64,000 nt of DNA, from NCBI GenBank assembly GCA_964450755.1, contig CAYVDJ010000100.1:1665-65664 (forward strand), read 5' to 3'. Shown here in pieces: positions 63,772 to 64,000 of this stretch (its first letter is position 1; each line of letters opens with the position of its first letter). The notes beneath the pieces were generated by a model. It worked only from the letters and a program-made list of their open reading frames with translations. It was not told where the DNA came from and did not search any database. Both the position numbers and the translations under genes were made by a program. This DNA comes from an uncultured Campylobacterales bacterium (lineage in GTDB: Bacteria; Campylobacterota; Campylobacteria; Campylobacterales; JAADDG01).

Positions 63772-64000
63772 AAACAAAATTGATGATTTTATAGATTATC
63801 TTCAAAATGTAAGGGGCTATACCCTTTTGACCGCTTCTACTTACAGTTTAAACCTCAAAGAAGCTTTTGAGTTTATAGATATAGAGAGTAGAGATGACGG
63901 TTTTTATGAATGGAATCTAACTCCCTACAGAACTTATCTGAAACAGAAGAGTAAAAAAACCGTTTCTAAAAAGATAAGCATTATAAGGAGTTTTGTCAAA
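63755..64000 (+). CDS. Tyrosine recombinase (XerC/XerD/XerH-like), N-terminal 82 codons; continues beyond the window
   Basis: Not in the ORF track because it has no stop. I translated it as MKTFFENKIDDFIDYLQNVRGYTLLTASTYSLNLKEAFEFI...SIIRSFVK. This is the SAM-like core-binding domain pattern of Xer recombinases. Confidence 0.55.
   Translation, partial: MKTFFENKIDDFIDYLQNVRGYTLLTASTYSLNLKEAFEFIDIESRDDGFYEWNLTPYRTYLKQKSKKTVSKKISIIRSFVK

Noticed and set aside
1-64000. Looked for CRISPR arrays, rRNA genes, transposase/IS ends, long poly-G/C phase-variation tracts and in-frame TGA (selenocysteine) genes.
   Set aside because: None were seen. The longest G or C runs I spotted are 6 nt (for example near 9760, 10360, 39085 and 52795), all inside ordinary codons. 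All recognisable genes have normal full lengths. This was a visual scan only and should be confirmed computationally.

Overview
This is an AT-rich bacterial chromosomal window. Gene content is consistent with a Campylobacterota (epsilonproteobacterial, possibly Nautiliales-like) genome: desulforubrerythrin, a stand-alone AddB-type nuclease, archaeal-type LeuC and a Xer-like recombinase. That lineage call is inference only. All product calls come from reading motifs in the supplied translations; no BLAST or HMM search could be run.

The window is tightly packed with about 75 CDS and 7 tRNAs: one tRNA-Asn and a six-gene Pro-His-Lys-Arg-Arg-Leu cluster. I saw no rRNA, no CRISPR and no transposase.

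Most genes are core housekeeping: ileS, gatA, ackA, leuC, mobA, tsaD, tig, clpP, def, comM, nnr, purN, thiG, ridA, metX, xseB, murC, mutS2, ppk2, rraA, nusA and miaB.

Five regions look accessory or unusual:
1. An 11.1-kb, 10-gene minus-strand sugar-tailoring operon (45887-56985). It is led by a GT41 (SPINDLY/HMW1C-like) glycosyltransferase and a B12-type radical SAM enzyme, and has no flippase, polymerase or exporter. I read it as a candidate cytoplasmic protein-glycosylation system making an unusual sugar. This is the best candidate for an undescribed system.
2. A 1.77-kb hipBA toxin-antitoxin islet sits directly behind comM. It is bracketed by an 18/19-identical 19-bp direct repeat that duplicates the comM 3' end, and no recombinase lies inside.
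3. An RsbW-like GHKL kinase domain fused to a GNAT acetyltransferase lies 3 nt downstream of an M20 amidohydrolase gene.
4. An orphan operon links a TorD-like chaperone, a poly-ferredoxin and two unknown genes to a MATE exporter.
5. A chemoreceptor carries a periplasmic CxxCH haem-c motif.

Several perfect or near-perfect TTGACA-N17-TATAAT promoters and strong hairpins at convergent gene junctions are also visible.
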